From Vulcanimicrobiota bacterium (lineage in GTDB: Bacteria; Vulcanimicrobiota; Vulcanimicrobiia; Vulcanimicrobiales; Vulcanimicrobiaceae): 64,000 nt of DNA. A model generated the notes under the pieces. The model worked only from the letters and a program-made list of their open reading frames with translations, had not been told where the DNA came from and ran no database searches. Made by a program: the position numbers and the translations under genes. The DNA lies in contig CAWCIZ010000001.1 in NCBI GenBank assembly GCA_963795855.1, positions 640,001 to 704,000 on the forward strand. The letters are read 5' to 3'. Each line of letters opens with the position of its first letter. Positions within the stretch are counted from its first letter, which is position 1. Shown piece after piece: positions 9,879 through 21,007 of the stretch.

Positions 9879-10843
9879 GTCGTTACCTTGTCGCGTTTGG
9901 TGAGCGCGTTGCGAACCGTCCGCGCCACGCGGACGGGCATCTGCACGAGATCGAGTTCCCGGTACGGGATATCGCGCGCTCCCAAGTCTTTTTTGAATCG
10001 CGCGACGCCCGGAAGGCCTTCGCTCGATCCGAGGTTGTACCACTTCATGTTTCGCTGCGCTGCCGCATGGAGCAGCGCAAAATTCAGGGCGTTGCTCGGT
10101 CGCAGGCGTCCGTATTCGGAGAGCATGGCAGCGCTCCAGAAAAAGAACTCTTCCGACCCGTAGAAAACGACGCCCCCCGCGATCGCGCGGCCTTCGGCGC
10201 GCGCAAACCAAATTTCGACGTCGTCACCGCCGTGACGCACTAGCGCGTCGATCAAGCGGCGCCGCTCGATCGGCTCGGGCACACCCCAGCGCTTCGCCGA
10301 CTCCCGCAGCAGATCGTAATACGTCTCGGCGGCATCGGCAGCGCGCGAGGGGGCGCACTCGACGCCGCGGCGACCGGCTTGTCCCGCCATGCGCCGGAAC
10401 GTTCCGTCGACATTGACGAGCGCAGCCTCGATGCCGGCGGAGAGATCGACCACCGCAGTAAAATGCTCGTTTCCGAGCGCCGTCGACGGTGCGGGAGCGA
10501 GCGGCCACGGCACGAGCGAGGCCGAATGCGCGAAGCGCGAAAGTTCGGCGACGGCAGCATCGACGGCAGGCGCCGGCGCGATGCTTCCATCCTCATACCG
10601 GAAGCAGGTATAACCGCCCAGCGGAAAGCCGACGAACCGCCGAAGGATCGAACCGTCGCGCTGCTCCATCATCGGGACGAACATCGGCCGGGTTTTGCGA
10701 GGGTGTACGTGCAGAAGCACGGGAGTGAGCGAGGGATACAGTTCGGCGAGCGAAAGCGCCCAAGCCGGTCGAGCGAAAAACGTCGGCGCAGGATGCATAG
10801 AGTCAAACGAGCGCCATGCTCGTACGTCCAAGCGTTCGATCAT
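9872..10843 (-). CDS. GNAT-family acyltransferase (CelD/BcsL/FemAB-like)
   Basis: FRRMAGQAGRRGV, RPSNALNFALL and YNLGSSEGLPGVARFKKDLGA motifs. Start MIERLD overlaps the upstream stop (ATGA). Confidence 0.8.
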   Translation of the reverse strand: MIERLDVRAWRSFDSMHPAPTFFARPAWALSLAELYPSLTPVLLHVHPRKTRPMFVPMMEQRDGSILRRFVGFPLGGYTCFRYEDGSIAPAPAVDAAVAELSRFAHSASLVPWPLAPAPSTALGNEHFTAVVDLSAGIEAALVNVDGTFRRMAGQAGRRGVECAPSRAADAAETYYDLLRESAKRWGVPEPIERRRLIDALVRHGGDDVEIWFARAEGRAIAGGVVFYGSEEFFFWSAAMLSEYGRLRPSNALNFALLHAAAQRNMKWYNLGSSEGLPGVARFKKDLGARDIPYRELDLVQMPVRVARTVRNALTKRDKVTTC

Positions 10844-12684
10844 CGCGCCTGAGCCGCCAACTGGCGTCCTTCCTGCGGGTTGGCCGCATCTTCCCAGGCT
10901 TGCGCGAGCGTCTGCACGCACATTTCCGGCGAATAGTGCCGCTTCACGTCCTCGGATGCGTGTTTCTGCGGGCGAAGTTCGCCGCGTTCGTGCGCATCGA
11001 ACAACTCCCGAATCTCGCGTTCGATGTCGGCATACTCGGCGACGTGGCGCACGAACGGGAACGGCTGCGTCCAGACGACGTGCCGGCCGTACGAGAGCGC
11101 TTCCAGCACCATCAGCGATAAGCCGTCGTGCGGCGTAAAACGAACCAAAACCGTTGCCTCCTTGTACGCGTCTTTGAGATCGTCGCGCCAGCCGAGGTTG
11201 GTGACGTCGACACCCCCAGGCACCGCGATGTCGCCGCCGCCGACCACGATATACCGGATCGGTTTGTCGCGCATCCGTTCCATCAAGCGTTCGAATGCGC
11301 TGCGCCCGTAAAACTCGGAGCGCGTCTTCGGCACGTACAGCATGACGGTAAACGTGCGCGGCAACGGCAGCGCGTTCCCGTGATGATGGCGCGGCGGAAG
11401 CGGGGCGATGCGCGGCCGCAAACCGAAACGCTGCACTTCCTTCGCGGTCCACGACGCCTCAGCCAAATGCAGAATGTTGCGCGCGGCGAGCTTCTCGCGC
11501 AATTCCGGATCTTCGGCGAGCACGAGGATGTCCGAGCCAACCCAGTGCATCACGCGCGGCTTCCTGAGCAGACGCGCCGCGATCGTCAGGAAACGCTCGC
11601 CGATCGGATTGCCGATCGAATACCACACGTCGCAGTCGATCAGGGCCAGAATGGACGTCAATATCTCGAGCCGCGAACTGGTGCGGAGCAGCCGCACTTC
11701 CCAATTCGGCGCCATCGTGCGCGCGTAGGTTGCGATGTCCGCGCAGAAAATGCGCAAGCCGGAAATCGCGACGCGCTGTTTTGCCTTGCCGAGCGAAGCA
11801 TCGGTTCGGGGCATCAAGCCGTTCAAGCGCGTTTCCAAGCGCGCAGCGGTTTCCTTGCGTCCGAAAGAGCTCAGGACGTAGGTTCTTCCGGCAGTGTTGA
11901 GCGCAAGCGATCCCGCCTCGTGCAAACGGCGCAGATTCTCGAGCTGCTCCTGTGCTTGCTTGGCCGTGCGCGCCGTCCTCACGTGCGGAAATTCATCGTT
12001 CCAAACCACATGGCGCGCGCGCGCGAGCGCTTCGAACACCAGCATCTCCTTGCCGTCGTGTTCAGGTAACCGTAAGACGACGGTCGAGTCGTCTATGACG
12101 TCTTCCATGTTGTCGACGTAGCCGATAAACTCGACGTTCGCCGGGGTTATGCGGCTCGGATCTCCAGGTCCCACGACGGTAAACCGAACGTGCGGCATGC
12201 GGCGCGCGATCTCGTACACGAGCGATGCGCCGTGCGTGAGCACGCGAAATTCACTTGGGAGCGCCTTTACCGGTCCGCCCGGACGGACTGCGGTAAGCGG
12301 TTCGTATTCCGCGTAGAGGCCCAGCAGGGCGAGTTCGCCGACGAGCCACTCCCCATCCGAAATGTGATGGAAGTGTTCGTGTTTGACGATCTGCAGTTCG
12401 TGGGGATCGGCTTGCGCGCGAATCACGTCCGTTCCCGACCACACGACCACGACGGGAACGTTGTGCTTGCGCGCTGCGGCCGCCAGACCGGCGTCCGGAC
12501 CGGGGCCGCCGAAGCAGATCAGCGCATCGGCTTTGCGCATCGCGAGCAAAGCCAGAACGGTTTGCCTGCGCCGCGAGTCGTACGCGCGCATCTCCCAATG
12601 CTGCGAGTGCTCGTTCATTAGATCCGCCAAGTACTTCGCGTAGTACGGGAGGCCGGTGACCAGCGCGAGCCGCTTACGTTTCAT
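10840..12684 (-). CDS. Tandem two-domain GT-B (GT4-like) glycosyltransferase
   Basis: Two homologous ~300-aa halves: WSGTDV vs WVGSDI, and HDGKEMLVFEALARARHVVW vs HDGLSLMVLEALSYGRHVVW. Confidence 0.7.
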   Translation of the reverse strand: MKRKRLALVTGLPYYAKYLADLMNEHSQHWEMRAYDSRRRQTVLALLAMRKADALICFGGPGPDAGLAAAARKHNVPVVVVWSGTDVIRAQADPHELQIVKHEHFHHISDGEWLVGELALLGLYAEYEPLTAVRPGGPVKALPSEFRVLTHGASLVYEIARRMPHVRFTVVGPGDPSRITPANVEFIGYVDNMEDVIDDSTVVLRLPEHDGKEMLVFEALARARHVVWNDEFPHVRTARTAKQAQEQLENLRRLHEAGSLALNTAGRTYVLSSFGRKETAARLETRLNGLMPRTDASLGKAKQRVAISGLRIFCADIATYARTMAPNWEVRLLRTSSRLEILTSILALIDCDVWYSIGNPIGERFLTIAARLLRKPRVMHWVGSDILVLAEDPELREKLAARNILHLAEASWTAKEVQRFGLRPRIAPLPPRHHHGNALPLPRTFTVMLYVPKTRSEFYGRSAFERLMERMRDKPIRYIVVGGGDIAVPGGVDVTNLGWRDDLKDAYKEATVLVRFTPHDGLSLMVLEALSYGRHVVWTQPFPFVRHVAEYADIEREIRELFDAHERGELRPQKHASEDVKRHYSPEMCVQTLAQAWEDAANPQEGRQLAAQAR

Positions 12685-13175
12685 CGAGCAACTCTTCCAT
12701 CGAAATCGGGCCGGGATGCTCCCAGCGGATTACGCCCGTTGCGTCGACGTACAGGGTCGTCGGTATCATGCGCGCGCCGAGCACCGTGTGCGTGATTCCG
12801 CTGAGGTCGACATAGAGCGGATATGCCAAATGAAAGGCCCGCGCGAATGCCTGGACTTGCACGCCCGCTTCCTGTTGGTCGATGCCGACGACGTCGATTC
12901 CGCGGGCGCGAAGGCGCGGCGCAGACTAAAGCCAGGTCGGGCGCTTCCGCGCGGCACGGCCCGCACCAGGTGGCGAATACGTTAATGATCATCGGCTTGC
13001 CGGTGGCGCGCAGCGTGTACGCCGAGCCGTATAAGGAAGTCACGCGCAGCGGCACGAGCCGGTCGCCCGCATGCAGCATCCGGTATTGCAAGTCGTGCTC
13101 GTGGCGTGCGACGAGCAGCGCGATTGCGGCCAAGGCAAGACCGGCCAGCCATCCGTGCGCGCGGAGGATCCTCAT
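12674..13175 (-). CDS. TlpA/ResA-like membrane-anchored thioredoxin (frameshifted near 12925)
   Basis: N-terminal TM, INVFATWCGPCRAEAP, then IPTTLYVDATGVIR in the next frame. Confidence 0.85.
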
Positions 13176-13361
13176 AGCCTTGTGATAGCAGAAGGGGGCG
13201 ATTCTGCGCAGACCCAGGCGAGCAAACGCGGTTGGGGCTGTTGCACTAACGGGCGACGACGATGACGACCTTTTGCTCAACGCGCCGGGACGATACCCTC
13301 TGACCACCGGCGCCCACGCTCGCGTACGATAACGAAAACACGAATTGAAAGTGGTGGACCC

Positions 13362-14225
13362 ATGCTGCGACCTTTCCATCGATTCGCCGCGATCGTAGCG
13401 GCAGCGGCCCTGTTGTGGCCGTTCGGGTACGTCCAGGCGCTCGCCGCTTCGCCGGAAACCACGATTCATCCGGGCGATCAGCTCAGCGTCCAAGTGTACG
13501 GCGATCAGTCGCTCACACAAAACGTGACGGTACTCAACGATGGAACGATTGCCTACCCGCTGGTCGGGCAAGTGCCGGTTGCCGGCAAGACGCCCGAGCA
13601 GGCGGCCGCCATCTTACGCGAACGCCTGCTGAAATACGTGCGGCATCCCGTTATCACGATCGCGATTTCGCAGCTCGCGCAGCCGAACGTGATGGTGCTC
13701 GGCGACGTTAAAAATCCGGGCAAATACGCGCTTCCCTCCGATGCGCGTTTATCCGATGCAATTGCCGCAGCCGGTGGGCTCGGCGACATCGACGGCATGT
13801 ACCCGATGGCGCGCGTTGCGGACCGTTCCGGCCAAATCACGCAAATCAATCTACAAAAATTGCTTCGCGAAGGCGACACGCAGCTCGACACCAGGCTCGG
13901 TGAAGGGGACGTCGTGTACGTGCCCGGCCCGGTGCAGTTCTACGTCAACGTGACGGGCGCGGTCGACCATCCGGGCGCGATTCAAGTCAATCAAGGCGAC
14001 AGTCTGGCGGTTGCGATTGCCAAGGCGGGCAACAGCGCGAAGGCGCAGGCCGATTTGAATCACGTGCGCTTGATTCGCACCGCATCCGACGGTAAGCAGA
14101 CCACCGAAGACATCAATCTGTATCAGGCGCTGCAGGGCAACGACCAGTCTGCGAACGTCGCGCTCGAAAAAGGCGACACGATCTACGTGCCGCAGGCAAA
14201 ACAAAAACCGCAGAGCTCGGTTTGA
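13362..14225 (+). CDS. Polysaccharide export protein (Wza-like, Poly_export plus SLBB domains)
   Basis: Signal peptide, IHPGDQLSVQVYG, DGTIAYPLVGQVPVAGKT, VLGDVKNPGKY and GDTIYVP motifs. Confidence 0.9.
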   Translation: MLRPFHRFAAIVAAAALLWPFGYVQALAASPETTIHPGDQLSVQVYGDQSLTQNVTVLNDGTIAYPLVGQVPVAGKTPEQAAAILRERLLKYVRHPVITIAISQLAQPNVMVLGDVKNPGKYALPSDARLSDAIAAAGGLGDIDGMYPMARVADRSGQITQINLQKLLREGDTQLDTRLGEGDVVYVPGPVQFYVNVTGAVDHPGAIQVNQGDSLAVAIAKAGNSAKAQADLNHVRLIRTASDGKQTTEDINLYQALQGNDQSANVALEKGDTIYVPQAKQKPQSSV

Positions 14226-14281
14226 CCGGTCTACTGTACATTCTCTCGCGTTTCATCCCATAACCGGAGGAAGAACAACAC

Positions 14282-16424
14282 ATGTTTTCGCTGCCAGCTG
14301 GGCAACCGATATCTGCCTCAGGGACGGAAACGACCCAGCAGTTGCACGGGATTCTCCGTACGCTGCAGCGCCGCGTCCGCCCGATGATTGCGATCTTCCT
14401 CGGGTTTATCGGTCTGGTTCTGGTTTTCTCGCTGCTGGTACCGAAGAGCTACACGACCGCAAATCAAGGTTATCGCCGGCAATTCCAGCGCCGTTCCCGG
14501 AAACGACAATACGGACAGCCAGTTGCCGGTGCTCAATGCTTTGCTCGCTGCCAGCGGCGTGCAGAGCGCCGAAACGTACGTCGAACTGTTCCAGGAAACA
14601 CCGGTCGCATCGCAAGTCATCCAAAATCTCGACCTGAGAATGTCGACGGCGTCGCTGCTCAAGCACGTCGACGTGAAACCAATTACGAACACCTCGATCA
14701 TCGACTTGTCGGTCACGTGGTCCAACCCGCGCACGTCGGCGCTGGTCGCCAACGAGTTCGGCAAAGTCGTGGTGGAACGTCAGCGGGACCTGGTTTCTTC
14801 CCAGGCGCAGCAAGCCATCGACTTCCTCAAAGTGCAGATGCCGGCGGCCGACAAGACGATGCACGACGCGCAAATGCGTCTCGCGAATTTCGAAGCGAGC
14901 CACCACATCGCCGACATCAACGCGCAGACGCAGTCGTACATCAACACGCTCGGCAACCTCGACGGAAAGATCGGTCAGACGCAGGCGGACATGCAGCAAG
15001 CCCGCGCGCAGCTCGCGAGCGTGAACGGTCAGCTCGGTCACACGCCCGCGACCATCACGGGCGGCACGACGGTCGCGGAGAACCCGGTGCTGCAGCAACT
15101 GCAGACGCAACTCTCGCAAGTCGACGTGCAACTGCAGACGGCACGCCAGCAGTATACGGATCAGCATCCGCCGGTGATCGCGCTCAAGCAGCAAGAGTCG
15201 CAGCTGCGTTCGGAGATCGCGCACCAGCAATCGACCGTCGTCGCGAACACCAACACCGTGCCCAACCCGTTGTATCAGCAACTCCAGCAGCAGCAGGCGC
15301 AGTATCAGGCACAAGTCGCGGCCGATCAGGCGCAGGTCGTCGAATTGCAGCGTCAGCGCACCTCGCTGAATCCGACGCTGGCGAAACTGCCGGCGCAGGC
15401 TGCGGCGTTGGCGGACTTGCAGCGCGCCGCGCAGAGCGCGCAAGACGTGTTTAGCGCGCTCCAGCAGAAGTACAACAATGCGAACATCGCACGCGACACC
15501 GCGCTGAGCGACGTCACCGTCACGCAGCCGGCGACGCCCGGCTCGGCGAAAGTCTCGCCGAACCTGCTGCTCAACATGCTGCTCGGCATTCTGCTTGGGC
15601 TCATTCTCGCCATCGTCGGCGCCTTCGTCATCGATTACCTCGACGGCAGCATCAAAGACGAGCGCGAAGTGGAAGAGGAACTTGCGCTTCCGCAACTCTC
15701 GCAGATTCCGCTGGTGCGGATGCGCAACGGCGTAGCGGCGCTGCCGTGGGTGCGCACCCTGACGGTGGAATCGTTCCTGCAACTCGTCACGTCGATCAAA
15801 TACGCGAGCGACTCGAAACTCGAGACGCTGGTCATCACGAGCCCCTCGCAAGGCGACGGCAAGTCGACGATATCGGTCAACGTCGCGCTCGCAATGGCGG
15901 AACTGGAACCGCGCGTGCTGTTGGTCGACGCCGACTTGCGCCGTGCCTCGATTCACACCAAACTGCGCATGAAGAACGAACGCGGGCTTTCCGACTTGCT
16001 CGTCGGCCGCGCGAAACTCGACGACGTCGTGCAGAAAACCAAATATCCGGGGCTGGACATTCTCACCAGCGGAACGCCGACGCCGAATCCCATCAAACTG
16101 CTCGAATCGCAGCGCATGGACGACATGCTTCGCGAGGCGAGCGAGCACTATCGCTGCGTCATCGTCGATACGGCGGCGCTCAGCGTCAATCTCGACGCGG
16201 CCGTGGTGTCGCGCAAAGTAGACGGCACGGTGGTCGTGCTTTCCGCCGGAACCACCGATCTGCGCGAAGCGAAGAACGCGCTGCGGCGGCTCAAGCAAGT
16301 GGGTGTGAAGAACATCCTCGGCTTCGTCCTCAATCGCGTCGTACCGCGCCGTTCCGATTACGGCGCCTACGAACTCGGACCTGGTGATGCAGCGGCTGAA
16401 GAAGAGCCGATGATCACCGCCTAA
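14282..16424 (+). CDS. Polysaccharide co-polymerase / tyrosine autokinase (Wzc/GumC type; frameshift near 14460)
   Basis: GGAGG RBS, N-terminal TM, Gln-rich coiled coil, second TM, Walker A TSPSQGDGKST, VDADLRR, VIVDT and GFVLN. Confidence 0.9.
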
Positions 16425-16470
16425 AGGATCGCCCGACACACATCACTGCACGCCCACGAGACGAGAACGC

Positions 16471-16863
16471 GTGAAAGTACACGTCATTGAGCCGCAGGAG
16501 CTCTTCGTGTCCAGCCTGACCGAGGTCTTCAGCGACCTCGGTCTGCAGGTTGATGCGTTCTATGGTGAGACGAACTTCCGGCGACTGATAGAAGAGCCGC
16601 CGGAGCTGATCTTCATCGACATCGATTTTTCCGCGCAGGAACCGCTCAAGTTCATCACGCTGCTGCGCACGCTGCTGCCGAAGGCGCTCATCGCCGTTTA
16701 TACGAGCATGCGAAGCGCCGAATGGGCCAAAGCCTGCCATTTTTCGGGCGCGAATGCGGTGCTCACCAAAGCGGCCGACCGAGACGAGATCGTGCGCGGT
16801 CTGCGGCAAATGATCGACACGGGCGAGTTTACGGACGTGCGCCTTCGCACGAACACCGGCTAA
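16471..16863 (+). CDS. Single-domain response regulator (atypical receiver)
   Basis: KVHVIEPQELF, PELIFIDID, AVYTS and GANAVLTK motifs. No output domain. Confidence 0.75.
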   Translation: MKVHVIEPQELFVSSLTEVFSDLGLQVDAFYGETNFRRLIEEPPELIFIDIDFSAQEPLKFITLLRTLLPKALIAVYTSMRSAEWAKACHFSGANAVLTKAADRDEIVRGLRQMIDTGEFTDVRLRTNTG

Positions 16864-16913
16864 GCGCCGCGGCGCTAGGGCGCGCCGGAACGTGGGGCGA
16901 ACGGAAGGCGACC

Positions 16914-19549
16914 GTGACCGTCTCCGAGCTGCCCAAACAGTACGACCCCAAGAGCGTCGAGCCTCGCCTGTACAAGCGCTGGGAAAGCGCGGGCTACTTC
17001 CACGAGGAGCCGGACCGCGCGTCCGCCGTTCATTATATGCATGCCGCCGCCCAACGTGACCGCGCGCGCGCATCTTGGCCACGGCTCAACGTACACGCCG
17101 ATGGATATCCTCACCCGCTATCACCGAATGCTTGGCGACAATGCGGATTGGCTGCCGGGCACGGATCATGCCGCGATAGCAACGGAAACGGTTTTCGTGC
17201 GCCAGCTTGCCGCGGAAGGCAAGACGCGCGAATCGCTCGGGCGCGAGGCCTACATGAAACTCGCATGGGAGTGGGCGAGCCAGACGGGCGGCACGATCTT
17301 CGAGCAGTTTCGCGCGGTCGGCTTCGGCCCGGACTGGCAGCGCAGACCGTTTCACGATGGACGAGGGCCTCTCGGACGCGGTTCGCAAGGTGTTCGTCGA
17401 TTTGTACCGCGAGGGTTTGATCTATCGCGGCAAGCGCCTCATCAATTGGGATCCGAAAGCGAAAACGACGATTTCGGATGCGGAGGTCGAGCACGTGGAA
17501 CGCGACGCGATTTTTGTGGCGCATCCGCTATCCGTTCGCGGCCGGATCGCCGGACGAAGGCATCGAAGTCGCAACGACGCGTCCGGAAACGATGCTGGGC
17601 GACGTCGCGATCGCGGTGCATCCGCAGGACGAACGATATCAAATCGCTGATCGGCAAAACCGTTCTCTTCCGCCGCTGCTCGAACGTGCGATTCCGATTC
17701 ATCGCCGACGAGTCGGTCGAATCCGCAGTTCGGAACGGGCGCGGTGAAAGTCACGCCGGCGCACGATCCGACCGACTACGAGATCGGCCTTGCGCCACAA
17801 TCTCGACATGCCTTCCGTACTGGATCTCGATGCGCGCGTCACCGGCGCCGAAGTCGCCGTCGGCAAGTACGCCGGGATGGACCGGTATGACGCCCGCAAG
17901 GCGCTGCATCGGCGAGACTTACGCGAACTCGGCCTGCTTATCGAGGAGAAACCGTACCGGCACGCGGTCGCGGTGAGCCATCGCACGGACGAAACGATCG
18001 AGCCGCTGCTTTCGCTGCAATGGTTCGTGAAGATGCAACCGCTCGCGCAGCCCGCGCTGCAAGCGTATCGCGAGGGCCGCGTGCGATTCGTTCCCGAGCG
18101 CTACGGCCGCACGTACGAACAATGGCTCGAGAACATCCGCGACTGGAATATCTCGCGGCAAGTGTGGTGGGGACATCAACTGCCGGTCTGGTATACGCCG
18201 GCCGGCGACGTCATCGTTGCCGAAACGACGAAGAAGAAGCGCTGCGCATTGCCGCGGAGCGCGTTACGGGACGCATGGAACTGACGCGCGATCCGGACAC
18301 GCTCGACACGTGGTTCTCCAGCGCGCTGTGGCCGTTTTCGATTCTCGGCTGGCCCGAAGCGCACGCCCGAACTCGAGCATTGGTATCCCTCGCAGGTGCT
18401 CATCACCGGCGGAGACATCATCTTTTTGTGGGTCGCGCGCATGGTGATGCTCGGGCTTCAAGTTCATGGACGCGGTTCCGTTTCACGACGTGTGCGTCAC
18501 GCCGACGGTGTACGACGCCCAAGGGCGGAAAATGAGCAAGTCGCTCGGCAATGCGATCGACCCGATGGATCTGGTCGAGCGGTACGGCGCCGACGCATTT
18601 CGCATGGGGATGATGCGTCAAATCCGTTTGGAAAGCGCAAGAAGTGCGCTTTCAGGAATCGCGCTGCGAAGAAGCCCGCAACTTCAACAACAAAATCTGG
18701 AATGCCGCGCGCTACGCGCTCGCGCTGCCGGAAGGCTTGCCCGCGGCGATGACGCTGCCGCCGCACGATCGCCTTACGCTCGCGGATAAGTGGATTCTCA
18801 CGCGGCTGTACGACGCAACGCAAACGGTGAGCGGCGCGTTCGACGCGTACGATTTCGGTCTTGCCGCGGAAACGCTCTGGCGATTCGTGTGGTACGAAAT
18901 TTGCGACTGGTACGTCGAGGCGACGAAGGATGAGTATTCGCGCGACACGCGCGCAGCGGTGCTTTCCTTCGTCCTCAACGCCGCCATGCGGCTGCTGCAT
19001 CCGATCGAGCCGTTCATCACCGAAGAAGTCTGGCTGACGCTGCCGCACGACGGGCAGACGATCGTGACGGCGGCCTGGCCGGATCTCGCGGAGATCCCGA
19101 TCGATCGAGCGGCATCCGCCGCGTTCGAAACGCTGCAGCGCACGGTCGAGCGCCTGCGTAACCTGCGCGCGGAAATGGGGCTGCAGCGACGCGACACGCT
19201 CACGCTGCAGGTGCCGGCCGGCGTTCCGGACGATGCGGCATCGCTGCTTGCAACTTATCGCGGGCGGAGACAATGCGGCAGATCGGAAGCTGCCGCGGCT
19301 ACGCTGGAAGAGTCGCTGGCAGCCGTAACCGGGCTCGCGCCGAAAGGCGTTTTGTCCGAGCGATACAAGAAGGAAGCGGTGCGTCTGCGCGCCGAGGTGG
19401 AGCGCGGCGACGCGAAGCTCGCCAACGAACGATTCGTCGCGAATGCGAAGCCCGGCGTGGTGGCGAAGGAGCGGGAGAAACTCGAAGGGTATCGCGCGGA
19501 ACTGGCGCGCGTCGAAGCGCGCTCGAGGAAATGGGGCGTACGAGAATGA
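16914..19549 (+). CDS. valS: Valine--tRNA ligase (several frameshifts, probably sequencing errors)
   Basis: [75 protein letters not shown] and a C-terminal coiled coil, spread across frames. Confidence 0.95.
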
Positions 19550-20097
19550 CCGCATCGACCGCGAAGCGGCGCGTTCTGGTCGGCGCGGCGGAGATCGATC
19601 GCATCGTCGCGCGACTCGCGCACCAAATTCTCGAGCCGCGAAGACGCGCAGGACGGCCTGTATCTCATCGGCATCCGCCGCGGCGGTGAAGCGCTCGCGC
19701 AGCGCTTCGCGGCGCAAGTCGAGCGCATCAGCGGGCGCAGGCCGCCGCTGGGTTTTCTCAACATCAATCTCTATCGCGACGACGAGGTGTCGCACGACTT
19801 GCCGGAATCGCAGATTCCCGGCGAGCGTCACCGGACAAGATGGTCGTCATCGTCGACGACGTACTCTTACACGGGCCGCACGGTGCGCTCCGCGCTCGAT
19901 GCGGTCACGGACTTGGGCCGCCCCGCTGCGGTCCGGCTGTGCGTGCTGGTCGACCGCGGGCTGCGCGAGCTGCCCGTGCAGGCGGATTACGTGGGCCGCT
20001 TCATTCCGACGAGCCGGCGCGAACGCGTCGCCGTCAGCGTTGATGGCCGCATCCGTCGGAACACGACGAGGTCGCTATCGTTGCGGACGAGACGTAG
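19546..20097 (+). CDS. pyrR: Bifunctional pyrimidine regulator / uracil phosphoribosyltransferase PyrR (frameshifted)
   Basis: EIDRIVARLAHQILE, NINLYRDD, VVIVDDVL(Y)TGRTVRSALDA and LVDRGLRELPVQADYVG motifs. Confidence 0.9.
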
Positions 20098-21002
20098 CCT
20101 CATCGATCTCGACGATCTCAACGCAGACGAGATCGAATACATCTTCGCAGCGCACCGCCGATTTCGAACGCGAGCGGCCGCCGCAGGCTCCTCGACGGCG
20201 TCGCGTGCGTCAACATGTTCTTCGAGCAAAGCACGCGCACGATGACCTCGTTCACGCTCGCGCAGAAACGCCTGGGCGCCGACGTCATCACGATTTGGCC
20301 GCGCGAGTCGAGTTTGAGCAAAGGCGAGACGATCGAGGACACGGCAATCACGCTCGCCGCGATGGGCGTGAACGTGATCGTCGTGCGGCATCCGGAGCCC
20401 GGATTTCCGCGCCGCGTCGCGCTGGTTTTCGACGGGCACGTCGTCAACGCCGGCGACGGCGGTCACGCGCATCCGACGCAGGCGCTGCTCGATTTCTACA
20501 CGATGCGCGAAGAGTTCGGCGACGTTCGCGGCCGCCAAATCGCGATTCGTCGGCGACATCGTGCACAGCCGCGTCGCGCATTCGAGCATTGCAGGGCTGC
20601 GCAGCCTCGGCGCGGACGTCATGCTCGTCGGTCCGGAAGCGTTTCTGCCGAACGACTTCATGCAGCCGCACGTGCGCGTCGAACGCGATTTCGACGCCGT
20701 GCTCGCCGAGCGTGGATGCGGTCGTTCTGCTGCGCATTCAGCGCGAGCGGTTCGACAGCATGCCGCTCTCCGACGAGGAGTACATCGCGCAGTATCGTTT
20801 GGACGCTAAACGGCTGGGGCGATTGCGTGAAGAAACGATCGTCATGCATCCGGGCCCGTACAACCGCGGCGTCGAACTGGACGATTCCGTACTCGAATTC
20901 GCGGGCTGGCGCTACGCGCGCCAGGTCATGCACGGCGTGAGCGTGCGCATGGCGGTGCTGGATTTTTTGGTCAACGGCGCGCGTTCGCTCGTGACTTCTT
21001 AA
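20081..21002 (+). CDS. pyrB: Aspartate carbamoyltransferase catalytic subunit (frameshifted)
   Basis: FFEQSTRT, SSLSKGETIEDT, NAGDGGHAHPTQALLD, HSRVAHS, LRIQRER and MHPGPYNRGVE motifs. Confidence 0.95.
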
Positions 21003-21007
21003 AGGCG

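Noticed and set aside
14406..16439. Long antisense ORF (677 aa) opposite wzc, and similar shadow ORFs throughout the window
   Set aside because: These are expected by-products of high-GC codon bias opposite real genes and contain no recognisable motifs.
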